Shown: positions 17,599 through 27,814 of the stretch, piece by piece | How positions within the stretch are numbered: the stretch's first letter is position 1 | Layout: each line of letters opens with the position of its first letter | DNA from: an uncultured Acidobacteriota bacterium | GTDB taxonomy: Bacteria > Acidobacteriota > UBA6911 | Length of the DNA stretch: 64,000 bases | Reading direction: 5' to 3' | Assembly: GCA_963809485.1 (NCBI GenBank) | Contig: CAWEJX010000008.1 | Coordinates: 288,001-352,000, forward strand | Position numbers and translations under genes: made by a program | Notes under the pieces: model-generated | Seen by the model: only the letters and a program-made list of their open reading frames with translations | What the model was told of the DNA's origin: nothing | Database searches by the model: none

Positions 17599-19428
17599 TC
17601 AGTCGAGTCCAATCCCAGATTCTTCAAAGTTTCCGGCAAAGGTTTGCCGGTTTCCGGGTCCCAGCCCATCTGTTCGTAGTAGTTCCTGTCGCAAAGCTTC
17701 CCACTGAGCGGAGATGGATTTGCCTTGCGCCGGGCCGTCCACAGGGGTGGAGCCATAGCGAACGGACGGCGCCTCCATTTCTTTCGTCAATCCGTGCCGG
17801 AAATTAAACGCCCGGAATTGATTGACTATACGCCGCCCTGCATTCATAGCCTCCGGGATGTCAAAGCTCCAGCCTGTTATGATGTTCAGAGTCTCTATCG
17901 GCGATTTGAAATCCGGCATGCAAAAACGGCAGAGTGGCAGACTGTCCAGAAATTGCCCTTTGCCATTGAGCTTGGCATTCATGGTCGAGACTTCAATCGG
18001 ATTGAAGGGATCTTTGACCGGGTCCAATCCCAATTCGTCCGGTTTGGGAGCGCCGCCCGTCACCTCGATGGTGCCCGTATTGGACAGGCAGGTGTCGATC
18101 AGTTCCGGCCAGTTGGCGCGGTGGTCGTGCGTGCGCGGCGAAGCGCCTTTCATTGTGTACACGGCGCAGTTTGCGGCCTCTCCACCGATTTTTTCGGAAG
18201 CCCGCTTGACTCCTTCGGCCAGCATATTGCCGCATCCCTGACGGTGCGCGATTTTTTTCAGCATCTCCAGCACAGCCCCGCCGTTCCCCCACGTCATCTC
18301 CACGCCGTCAAGATCGTTCTTCTTCAAATACCCTTTCTCATAGCATTCCATGAGCCAGGCGATGACATAGCCGCTTTCGTTGATATCCATGCCGAGCCGG
18401 TCTACCTGATTGCACAGAAAGATGGTTGTCGCAGGATCCGTCTGGCCGATCAAAGATCCCATGGCAGCCACTCCTTCATAATCGGGCTCCTCCCCCTTAA
18501 AACCGGCATAGGGTCCTTCATCAATCTGAATAGCGCAGGTGTGGCCCTTGCGGCACGCCCAGCATGGCGTAGCTTTGGTTTTAAAATTTGCACGAATGGA
18601 TTGACCGGTGAATCTTTCAAATTCCGGGAAATTACTGGTGGTGTAATTTCTGACCGGAAGCCAGCCCAGTTTCTTTGCCAGCCCGACCAGGTCGGCTGTG
18701 CCGTATTGAAAAAGCGGATTTTGAGATTCATGGAAATTTTTGACGAATTCCTTGACCGCTTCCGCATGGCGCGCCGGATCGGCGACCTCGATGGTCTGGT
18801 GTCCACGCTCTGCGGCAATGGCTTTCAGCTTCTTGGATCCCATGACCGCGCCCAGCCCGTTGTGGGCTGCAACATGCCCATGGTCGCCAAAAATGGCGGC
18901 ATAGCGCACCAGGTTTTCTCCCGAGGGCCCTATGCCATAAACGCTGCACTGCTTGCCCAATCGGGCCCGGACTGCATCTTCGGTCTCCAGGGTATCCTTT
19001 CCGACTAAGTCCCGGGCATCGCACAGTTCGGCAGTGCCGTCATGAATATGCAGATAGCACCACTCCTTGGCCGCGCCCTGGACGACCACCCCGTCGAATC
19101 CGGAAAATTTCAGATAGGTGCCGAAAAAGCCGTTCGCCTGGGACGATCCGGCCATATTGGTCATCGCTCCCTTGCTGACGACCGATATCATTCCCGATCC
19201 CGCATAGCGCGTGCCGCCGAACGGACCGGAAAAAAACAGCAGCCGGTTTTCCGGGTCCGACCATCCCACACCCGGAGGCACTTCATCATAGAGATACCTG
19301 GCTCCCAGGCCCGCGCCCCCGATGAATTTTCGCAAAATGGATTCGTCCAGCGACTCTTCCGTGATCTTTTTGCGGCTGAGGTCCACGCGCAGGACCCGCC
19401 CCAGATAACCCAACGTACTCTTCGCCAT
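17599..19428 (-). CDS. aor: Aldehyde:ferredoxin oxidoreductase (W/Mo AOR family); frameshift near the C-terminus
   Basis: GYLGRVLRVDLS, GIGPSGENLV, GLGAVMGSKKLKAI, CWAC...C, PDYE, HDHR; the true tail YYEQMGWDPETGKP lies in another frame. Confidence 0.92.
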   Translation of the reverse strand: MAKSTLGYLGRVLRVDLSRKKITEESLDESILRKFIGGAGLGARYLYDEVPPGVGWSDPENRLLFFSGPFGGTRYAGSGMISVVSKGAMTNMAGSSQANGFFGTYLKFSGFDGVVVQGAAKEWCYLHIHDGTAELCDARDLVGKDTLETEDAVRARLGKQCSVYGIGPSGENLVRYAAIFGDHGHVAAHNGLGAVMGSKKLKAIAAERGHQTIEVADPARHAEAVKEFVKNFHESQNPLFQYGTADLVGLAKKLGWLPVRNYTTSNFPEFERFTGQSIRANFKTKATPCWACRKGHTCAIQIDEGPYAGFKGEEPDYEGVAAMGSLIGQTDPATTIFLCNQVDRLGMDINESGYVIAWLMECYEKGYLKKNDLDGVEMTWGNGGAVLEMLKKIAHRQGCGNMLAEGVKRASEKIGGEAANCAVYTMKGASPRTHDHRANWPELIDTCLSNTGTIEVTGGAPKPDELGLDPVKDPFNPIEVSTMNAKLNGKGQFLDSLPLCRFCMPDFKSPIETLNIITGWSFDIPEAMNAGRRIVNQFRAFNFRHGLTKEMEAPSVRYGSTPVDGPAQGKSISAQWEALRQELLRTDGLGPGNRQTFAGNFEESGIGLD

Positions 19429-19541
19429 TGTATAGCCCCCGAAAATCCTGCAATTGGCTGCCTAAATGCTAAAAGCCGATTGGCTCTGAATATGGATCGA
19501 ATTGCGACCAAATCCGATCCAACGATGCAACGATTTGATGC

Positions 19542-19967
19542 CTAAAACTTGACCCTGGGGATCTTGTCTTCTTTCATGCTGTCCGCCATCGTCCAAAAGT
19601 AGGCTTCACCGGTGTATATCTTGAAAACGGCAAGCAGCGGATTGTCCGGCTCGGTTATGCCGAAGTTTTTTAAGAAGGGTCGCTCCTGGATGCATTTGGC
19701 CCTTACTTCAGGATCGTCGATAAACTTGATTTTCCCTGATACCCTCATGACCTTGCTGAAATCCTTGGCGTTGAAATAGACCTCAACGTTAGGATTCTTT
19801 TGCAGTTGTTTGCACATGGCCTTGACGGATTGCGCCTGAAAATAAAATCCCGTCTCATCCGCATACCACATGCCCAGGCATCGGACTCGTGGCTGGTCTC
19901 CGTCAACCGTGGCCAGGTAACAAGCCTTGTTTTCATTGGCAAATTCCGCGTATTCCTTCAGGCTCAT
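19542..19967 (-). CDS. Pyridoxamine 5'-phosphate oxidase-like FMN-binding protein
   Basis: YLATVDGDQPRVR, K..CKQLQKNPNVEV, RVSGK. Confidence 0.88.
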   Translation of the reverse strand: MSLKEYAEFANENKACYLATVDGDQPRVRCLGMWYADETGFYFQAQSVKAMCKQLQKNPNVEVYFNAKDFSKVMRVSGKIKFIDDPEVRAKCIQERPFLKNFGITEPDNPLLAVFKIYTGEAYFWTMADSMKEDKIPRVKF

Positions 19968-20204
19968 ATTTTACTCCTTCCCGAATAATGGGCAGAAAGC
20001 ATTGACCGCAGCCTTGCGCAATCTTCCTGCACGATATTAGGATTATCATACAAAATTGCGTCTATACATCAATATTTGGGGATGTTTCAAGGCTTGGAGT
20101 CTTTGCGGATACCGGCCGATCCCAAAGCTTTCAATCCTCAGGATGTCCGGAAGCGCAATGAACCGGCCACCGGATCTGTCGCCGCAATATTCAGGAAAAC
20201 CGGA

Positions 20205-22646
20205 TCAGGCTTTGCCGAGAGCTTTGAGAATCCCGCATGGGGTAACGGGGTAATTCTCCACCCATACGCCTGTTGCGTTGTGAACGGCGGGGGCCAGCAG
20301 CGACGGCACAACGGTTGCGATATCTTCGGCGATCCCGATGGCTCCGTAGGGGCCATAACCCATTCCCGTTTCTACCAGCAGGGTATCGACAGAGCCAATG
20401 TCCTCAATGGTGGCTATTTTGTAATCGAGGAGATTGCCATTCAACAGGACGCCTGTGGCCGGGTCGTGGACAACTTCTTCGCTCCGGCTCCTTCCCACCG
20501 CCATATAGGATCCTCCGTACTGCTGCCCTTCGCATCCCTCCCAGCTTATGACCTTGCCGACATCATTGACGTTTACGACTCTGGTGACTTCCACTTCGCC
20601 CGTCTCGGTATCCACTTCCACTTCCATAAAATGAGCCTGACGGCACATCCGCAGGCGAACGCTCGCATACGCCCCCTGCTGTACCTGCCAGCCGCAGGCG
20701 AACAACGGCTCTGTGAAATTGCTGCGCTGGGCGCCTTTTCCCATCTCCGGCACGCTGCACAGCGGGCCCTCCCCGCCGGCGGGTCCGACGAGATCGGCAA
20801 TAGACATCCGCACGGATGGATCATGCTTGGCAAAGATGATGCTGTCTTTTATGTCCAGATCCTCCGGCTTCATCCCGGGGAATGCCGCCGGGAAGCTGCC
20901 TCGCGAGGTTTCGCCGCGGGGTTTCGTCGCAACCTCGAGGATCTGCCGCTTCAGCAGTCTGGCCGCATTCCGTATCGCATAGCCGTTCACCGACAGATTG
21001 GTCGATGAATCCGGAGTCATGGTAAAGAAGCCCGGATCGATGTGCGGCCGGTAAAAGACATCCTCGATCTTCATGCCCAGTTCGTCAGCGGCAATCTGGC
21101 AATAGGTCGTTTCGGAATTAAGGCCTATGTCACACCGCATTCCCAGGACGTTTGCCGTGCCGTCCCTGCGCTCAATCCGGATGGCGAGTTCGCTGGATCC
21201 GGAAGAATCCTCCCACTCGTGGGTCCAGGCGAAAGCCATTCCGTGCATCCTGCCGTTCGGCAGCCGTCGGGCTCCCGGCGGATGATATTTCTTGTCCCAT
21301 CCGATCGCCGCCTTGCCCTTATCGATGCACTCCCGCAGGCTGTCCCGTACCGGGAAACCCAATTCGGCCTTGCGCTGATTGAGCCATTCCATGCCGCGGC
21401 CTTCGGCGCCGTCGTTCTTGAGCGCTACATCGATCGGGTCCATGCCCAACGCGGCCGCAACATGCGCGCAAATCAGCGTGAGAGTCAGGGCATTGGAATT
21501 CTGTTCGCAGCGCACGGGAACTGTGGGACCTTTGTTGACCAGAATCGCGTCCAGCTTGCAGTCAAAGTTGGGGATTCTGGTGTTCTCTCCCATGTGATGA
21601 AACGCGCCGAATACGGGGAACCACTGGTTGACGACCTGCGCCCTCCCCTGCACCGCCGTGATGGTTCCATCCTTTTGGGCTCCTACCTTGACATGATAGG
21701 TTCCTTCATCCATCTCCCCGCCGTAGAAGTCCTCCCTGCGGTCGAAAATCCATTTCACAGGCTTGCCCGTCCTCTTCGCCACAAGCGCCGCGCAATAGTA
21801 AGGCCCCATCATCCAGGAACAATGGCTCCAGCCGCCGAAACTTGCACCCTGGTACGGGCAGTGAAGCTGGATCCTGTTCATGGGAATGCCGCCGAACCAG
21901 GAAGCAATGACGTTTTTGCTGACCAGGGGATGCTGTTGCTTCAGCCAGACTTCCGGGTATTCGCCGTTCCAGCGGACGATGCCGCAGGGACGCTCGGGCC
22001 CCATCCAGGTATTGGCGGTTCTTCTGGCCTTGAATTCGATGATGGTGTCCGCTTCGGCGAATCCATGATGGACATCCCCGTGCTGTTCGACATCAAAAAA
22101 GCCTTCATTATAAATATTGCTTTGCGGATACATTTCCGGATTTGCCAGAGGCGCCCCATCTTTGGCTGCTTCCTCGTGGTCCAGAACGAAGGGAAGCTCC
22201 TCCCATTCCACCTCGATCAGTTTCAGAGCTTCATCGGCGATGCTTTCGGAATCCGCTGCAACGAACGCCCCGACCTCCTCCCCCTGAAAATAGGCGATAC
22301 CGGGGAACACGGTAACCGAGTTTGGAACATGGCCTCCCAGGTTCGCCAGAGCCGGGATCTCGGGATCGTCATATCGGAGCACTGCCCTGACACCGGGATA
22401 TGCCTCTGCTTTTGCCGTATTCATGCCCCTGATTCTGGCATGCGGATAGGGTGATGTAAGGAATTTGGCAAAAAGCATCCCGTGAAGCTGCAAATCGAGA
22501 GTGTAGATGGCGCGCCCGCTCGCCTTTTCATATCCGTCCAGCCGGCGGACCCCGCGCTTTCCTATCGAGTTGTATCGGCTCAGCGGGTATTTGTCAGATC
22601 TCAGGTTGTCCAGCAGTTCCAAGATTTTTTGCATTTCTTCGCTCAT
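20205..22646 (-). CDS. Xanthine dehydrogenase family molybdopterin-binding subunit
   Basis: R.DGYEKASG.A.Y..D, SPYPHARI, GASFGG, EVEVDTETGEV, DVGKVI, EGQQYGG, GPYGAIGIAE; alternative start at 22676. Confidence 0.92.
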   Translation of the reverse strand: MSEEMQKILELLDNLRSDKYPLSRYNSIGKRGVRRLDGYEKASGRAIYTLDLQLHGMLFAKFLTSPYPHARIRGMNTAKAEAYPGVRAVLRYDDPEIPALANLGGHVPNSVTVFPGIAYFQGEEVGAFVAADSESIADEALKLIEVEWEELPFVLDHEEAAKDGAPLANPEMYPQSNIYNEGFFDVEQHGDVHHGFAEADTIIEFKARRTANTWMGPERPCGIVRWNGEYPEVWLKQQHPLVSKNVIASWFGGIPMNRIQLHCPYQGASFGGWSHCSWMMGPYYCAALVAKRTGKPVKWIFDRREDFYGGEMDEGTYHVKVGAQKDGTITAVQGRAQVVNQWFPVFGAFHHMGENTRIPNFDCKLDAILVNKGPTVPVRCEQNSNALTLTLICAHVAAALGMDPIDVALKNDGAEGRGMEWLNQRKAELGFPVRDSLRECIDKGKAAIGWDKKYHPPGARRLPNGRMHGMAFAWTHEWEDSSGSSELAIRIERRDGTANVLGMRCDIGLNSETTYCQIAADELGMKIEDVFYRPHIDPGFFTMTPDSSTNLSVNGYAIRNAARLLKRQILEVATKPRGETSRGSFPAAFPGMKPEDLDIKDSIIFAKHDPSVRMSIADLVGPAGGEGPLCSVPEMGKGAQRSNFTEPLFACGWQVQQGAYASVRLRMCRQAHFMEVEVDTETGEVEVTRVVNVNDVGKVISWEGCEGQQYGGSYMAVGRSRSEEVVHDPATGVLLNGNLLDYKIATIEDIGSVDTLLVETGMGYGPYGAIGIAEDIATVVPSLLAPAVHNATGVWVENYPVTPCGILKALGKA

Positions 22647-22712
22647 AGAATCACCCTCTCCCATGGAACCGACCACCCGGGCAGGCCAATGATGAGTTTT
22701 TCACAACTGGCT

Positions 22713-22905
22713 GTCAATTGGAGATTCTTCCGTGCCTGGGGTGAGGCCGAAGGATACGTCGGGAGCGTCTCCTTGGCTCTTGCACGCCGACCGTCGTTCT
22801 GTTGATCAGTGTTCGTCAGCGTTTGGTCCTTGTATGCCGGCGTTAAGCGATCCTGGAAATGTCAAACTCTATGAGTTCCCCGGCAGAGCCGGGGATGACG
22901 GGTTT
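22713..22905 (-). mobile_element. Diverged copy of the IS200/IS605-type non-autonomous element
   Basis: Shares tgtcaaactctatgagttccccggcagagccgggg and gtgttcgtcagcgtt with the 395 bp element. Confidence 0.5.
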
Positions 22906-22907
22906 AT

Positions 22908-24474
22908 TTACTCGGACACCGGCGCCGATGGTTTGCCGCGAGGGCGCCGCATGAGATAGCAGACCGGCACGAACGTGACCATAATGAATCCCATGAGGCG
23001 AAAGATATCGTTAAAGGTCAGGATCGAAGCCTGCTGTTGAACCGCCATCCATAGAGTACCCTGGGCACGCTGGAGGGCCGTTACCGGGTCTGCACCCTGG
23101 GTCGTGAATGCTCCCTGAAGCTGGCGCAATCTTTCCTGCGTAAGCGGATCGTAGGGGGAAACATGAGCACCGAGGATGTTGGTATGGCGTTGCCGGCCGC
23201 GGGCCATCATGGTCTGGGTGGACGCGATACCGACGCTGCCGCCGATATTCCTCATGAGGTTAAAGATACTGGTGGCGTTCCCCATATTCTCGTTGGAAAT
23301 TGGATCCATGGTCGCCGTGGTGATAGGAACGAAGAGCAGGTTGAAGCTGGCGCCCTGTATTACCTGCGGCCAGAAAAAATCCCAGTAACCGGCCGTCATG
23401 TCCAACAACGAAAACCAGTATAGAGTCACAGCCCCGGCGGCGAATCCGGAAGCCATAAGCAGCCGGGCATCCACCCGTCCAATCAGTATTGCCACGACCG
23501 GCGTCATCAGCAGCATTCCCAGTCCGCGGGGAACCATGGCGATGCCTGCCTGCAACGGGGGGTATTGCAGGAGCATCTGAAGCAGAATCGGAAAGATAAC
23601 CATGCTGCCATAAAGCACGAATCCCGTCATCGTCATGAGAAACACACCCGTCGTATAGGTGGGCTCTCTGAAAATCCGCAGGTCGATGACAGGAGCGCGC
23701 GCGAACAGTTCGCGGATCAGTAAACCCACGAGCGAGATGCCTGCCAGGACCAACATTGACGTAATCCAGTTGGATGCCAGCCAATCCTCTTCCTGCCCCT
23801 GGTCCAAAGCAACCTGCAGGGCCCCGATTCCCACAACCATCAAGACGATGCCCCAATAGTCTATTCGTGCGGTTCCCCGGCGGATGTAGGATAGGGTCGT
23901 AAACAAATCGCCGGATCATCATCAGTGCAGCTATGCCAATCGGGATATTAATGTAGAAAATCCATCTCCAGGAGTAGCTGTCTGTTAGCCAGCCGCCGAG
24001 CACCGGACCAAATATGGGAGCGACGACGATGCCAACACTCCAAACGGCCATGGCACGGCCTCTTTCGTGCGGCGGAAAGGATTCCAGCATGATTGCCTGA
24101 GAGAGCGGCTGCATGACTCCACCCGACACGCCCTGGATGACCCGGAAGGCGATCAGCATGGGGAGGCTTAAGGCGAAGCCGCAGAAGAATGAAGCCACAG
24201 TAAAACCTACCACGGCGATCTGCAGCAGCCGGCGGCGGCCGAAGTAGTTTGCCAGCCATCCCGTAATGGGTATGATGATCGCGTTGGCCGCCAGATAGGT
24301 CGTCAGCACCCAGGTTGCTTCTTCGACGGTCGCAGAGAGGTTCCCGGCAATATAGGGCAGGGAAACGTTGACGACGGTGGAATCGAGAATCACCATGAAG
24401 GTGCCCGCAAGCACCGAGATCCCTACGAGCCAGGGATTGACGTTATGTTCTGCAGTAACTTCAGGGTCCGCCAT
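22908..24474 (-). CDS. DHA2 family (EmrB/QacA) MFS efflux permease, one frameshift near 23893
   Basis: FMVILDSTVVNVSLP, WVLTTYL, RVIQG, GPVLGGWL, WRWIFYINIPIG joined to IDYWGI...NLMRNIGGSVGI. Confidence 0.88.
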
Positions 24475-24675
24475 CAGGTTTTCCCGCAATCATTGAAAGG
24501 GAGCGCTCGGCGAATGCAAGCGCTCGAGGATTACTTTTGGATCTATTTCCGTGCTGAAGTCCCCGTGTTCATCAACACTTTTGTCAGCGTTATAAAATCC
24601 CGGAGCTTTCAGACTACAGAGGCTCTCCGCAAATCAGGGGAAGTATCAATAAATTTCTCAAACAGGCAGCTATGG

Positions 24676-25119
24676 TTATTTTGCCCCGATCCTCTTCAGC
24701 TCGGCTTGACTCAGAGCTATTCTTGCGGCGGCCAGCCTTGCATAATACTTTCGGATTTTCTCCGTGTTCCCTGCCGCGACCGCCTTCACCAGATCGCCTT
24801 CCAATTCGGCGACCTCCAAAAGCCTGTAATAATCCAGTGATTCCTTGAAATGAGCCAGCACTATGAGCCCGGTGAGGATGGGATGGTTGTTGGTCACGTT
24901 GGCATCCTTGAAGCGAATGCCATGTTCCAGTTCCACCTCCAAACCTGCACGAAAATCCTCCGGGGCGATCTTCATCTTTGAGGTATTCACCTTCGCCAGG
25001 ACCGTTTTCCCCTCCCGGGGAAGCACTTTGGCCGCAGCCAGTTTGGTCCAGTCCCTGATCTTGAGTTCCTTGCAGATCCGTTTTACTTCTTCAGCTGTTA
25101 CATATTGTTGAATTTTCAC
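24676..25119 (-). CDS. DUF5661-like hypothetical protein
   Basis: GLEVELEHG...TNN.P..TG.IVLAHFKES.DYY motif; GTG start. Confidence 0.7.
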   Translation of the reverse strand: MKIQQYVTAEEVKRICKELKIRDWTKLAAAKVLPREGKTVLAKVNTSKMKIAPEDFRAGLEVELEHGIRFKDANVTNNHPILTGLIVLAHFKESLDYYRLLEVAELEGDLVKAVAAGNTEKIRKYYARLAAARIALSQAELKRIGAK

Positions 25120-25686
25120 TTCCGTAGATCCCTTTCTTTGAGCGGATCGGAACGGTTCGCTTCCAGGTTCCCTGCTACTTTGCCTCTGCTCCGTTTATTT
25201 ATCCACGAAGACATCCAAATGGATTCATCCTCATGCACGCTCGTCATATTAGCCGCATTGCCGCATCAGAGCAACACCGGTTGATTCTCTTAAAACACAC
25301 TCCAACGGAACCGTGTTCGCCCGCGCCTCATGAATCGAGGGAAAGAGCCATCCCGAAAACACGATTTTCGCTGCCATAAGTCCGCAGTTAATATGGTATA
25401 CATCCATCCCTCCGTGAATGCCATGCGAGGAATCGAGTCCTTTGCTCATGCGGCATCCGGAGTGGCGGAGGGCGACGGTGCTTTTCACGCGTCTGTAATC
25501 CGTCCATGTTTTTGTAAAAATGCTGTCTGCCTGAAATGCAGGTGCGGAAGAGGCGTATTATATTTATCAGGGAAATAGAGGCTGTGGAATCCCGGGAGGG
25601 GCTAAATCCCGATGCCTTCATTGAAAAAAAGCGATGTGGGCTAAAATTCCCCTGAACCTGATAGATATTGAAGGCACTGATTATCG

Positions 25687-26166
25687 ATGAGGCCAGGTAA
25701 TTTTCTTGAATCGGCCAACAAAAAACTGCTGGCTTTTATTACAGCGGGGCTTACACCTGAACGGCTTGCCCTTTGCATTGCTTTGGGCATTGCTCTGGGA
25801 ACAGTGCCTGCACTGGGGACAACAACGCTCTTGTGCACCCTTGCTGCTTTCCTCTTTCGGCTGAACCTGCCGGCCGTCCAGCTCGCAAACTTCATGGTTT
25901 ACCCGCTTCAGCTTGCGTTGCTGATCCCCTTTATCCGCGCAGGCGAATGGCTGTTCGGCGCCAAACCCCTGGACCTGTCCCTGGGACTGATCCAGCGCAT
26001 GATGGAGGCCGATTTCCAGGCAACGGCCACTCATTTATGGATGGCCACCTTGCGGGCGTTGCTGGTCTGGGTAATGCTCGCTCCGTTGGTGATGGGCCTA
26101 GTCTATCTATCTGTGGTTCCGATCCTGCGAAAGCTGAAGATGCAGCGGCTCGATGCCCGGCCGTAA
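25687..26166 (+). CDS. DUF2062 family membrane protein
   Basis: G.TPERLAL.IALG..LG..P.LG.TT, RLNLPA.QLAN..VYPLQ. Confidence 0.8.
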   Translation: MRPGNFLESANKKLLAFITAGLTPERLALCIALGIALGTVPALGTTTLLCTLAAFLFRLNLPAVQLANFMVYPLQLALLIPFIRAGEWLFGAKPLDLSLGLIQRMMEADFQATATHLWMATLRALLVWVMLAPLVMGLVYLSVVPILRKLKMQRLDARP

Positions 26167-26269
26167 GGACAGGCAAGTTATTAGCTTAACCACCTTCACG
26201 CTGGCATACACTGATAAAACCCCGATAAACGCCTGGCAATAATTATGGACCAGCACTTCGCGAGACCGG

Positions 26270-27562
26270 CTAGCGTAGGAAAACGAGGGAGTCATCCGCG
26301 ACCTTAACCGGAGATCTCCTTCGGTGGCCCTTGAATACATCTATCGCCGCAAGGATGCCATTTTCGACAATCAGAATTTCACTGTCATTTATCCATCCCA
26401 CCAGGGTTGCATGACGGAGCAGCGCGATCGTTTTGGAGGGAGCGTCCGCACGAACAACTTCGACCGCAGGCAGGTCCGCAATCGATTTCTGTATCCGCGC
26501 CAGTTCGTCGGGGTTTGGCTTGCCTTCGTCCGCCAGCCGGATCTCATTCCCAGGCATTGCTGTGGAAAGGATTGTCATTGCAATCGATCTCAAATCAGGT
26601 GAGAACCTTGAATTTGACGTGAAAAAGCTGACGTCGTAGTTGGGATTCCGATATCGCCTCAACTCGTCGAAAAGGACGGTTTCTCTTCCATCAGAGTACA
26701 GGATCGTCTGGTCATCACCGGCATTGTCCCATCCGCAACAGGCTCCGTCGAGAGCGCGATATATGATGCTGGCTCCTCCGCGCGCCGCATCCTCAACCTT
26801 TTCCAGCGCCCTGGGCAGTTTGTGCTCGGACCACACGGAGCCCCGTCTTCGAAAGAGCGAGCTGGATTCATAAGTTGCGCCGATCTGCCCGGGTATCCAT
26901 CGGGTAACCAGGAAAAAATCATCCACTCCTTCATCGGGAAACCAGAAAGATGCTTCGGGACAGGTTTCGGAACAATCCCCCGTGGCGCACTTGCACTCAG
27001 GGAATGCAGACCCGGCGATCTGCACCCGGTTTTCGTCCGCCAAACCGGATCGATATGCACGCCAGGTTGCAGAGACTGACGACACATCCGCGTCGCCTTG
27101 ATTCTTCCGCATCCGGAATTCGTTCTCGAACCAATATATAGCCCCGCCATCAGCCGAAAGAGCGCATCGTTGCCTGCGTTCCACCATCGTCTCTCCGCTG
27201 GCTCCCGCCATGGAAGAAGGTCTAGGGATCGCAGCATGATCGATGGAAACAGCCTTCCGGCCGTTCCAGAACCAGGTTTTTGCAGCAGGGGCATTTTGCA
27301 GCATGCCGATTGGGACTGCTTCCTGAGCCGGGCCAAACAGCATCTGTGCGTGTCTGTTGACTGCAAAGCCTTGAGGATCGCGGGACATTTCTGAAGGAAG
27401 ATTTATTAAACTCCTTACAGCCCATGTTGAGGGATCGATTTCCGCAATTTCTCCAGAACGGCTCAATACCCATAAACGTTTCCCGGATTGCGTTGCCGCT
27501 GCAGGATTGAAGGCTATCAGGCTGAAAAAGATAAGTGCGGCAATTCCTGCTTTAGGATTCAT
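26270..27562 (-). CDS. Hypothetical secreted protein with clustered Cys motifs
   Basis: 430 aa ORF with a Sec signal; CKCATGDCSETCPE and ACCGW. Confidence 0.7.
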   Translation of the reverse strand: MNPKAGIAALIFFSLIAFNPAAATQSGKRLWVLSRSGEIAEIDPSTWAVRSLINLPSEMSRDPQGFAVNRHAQMLFGPAQEAVPIGMLQNAPAAKTWFWNGRKAVSIDHAAIPRPSSMAGASGETMVERRQRCALSADGGAIYWFENEFRMRKNQGDADVSSVSATWRAYRSGLADENRVQIAGSAFPECKCATGDCSETCPEASFWFPDEGVDDFFLVTRWIPGQIGATYESSSLFRRRGSVWSEHKLPRALEKVEDAARGGASIIYRALDGACCGWDNAGDDQTILYSDGRETVLFDELRRYRNPNYDVSFFTSNSRFSPDLRSIAMTILSTAMPGNEIRLADEGKPNPDELARIQKSIADLPAVEVVRADAPSKTIALLRHATLVGWINDSEILIVENGILAAIDVFKGHRRRSPVKVADDSLVFLR

Positions 27563-27814
27563 GAACCCACCTTGCGCGGCAGTCTGGTTCTTGTCTATCT
27601 ATATTATCATCGTCCTTAAACGACAGACACCTTTGGGCAAGGGTATTAAGTGGTTGGCAGCTCCAGGAAGAACAGCGTCAAAAGGCGAAGGAAGCAGGGA
27701 TTCGTACCGCAGTTTCCTGCGGAAACATAGGATTAAAACCCCGAGGGGGGCTTTGGGAACCCTGGAGATCAAGCCCCAAAACTCCAGGATCCCGTAGATT
27801 CCGATCAAGATGCT

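Noticed and set aside
13802-17700. Dense frameshifts in the dsrL-like and AOR genes (also EmrB, U32, methyltransferase and four-helix genes) as programmed frameshifting or phase variation
   Set aside because: Single-base indels clustered regionally, with otherwise intact reading frames and no consistent slippery motif, fit long-read consensus error best; this needs read polishing to settle.
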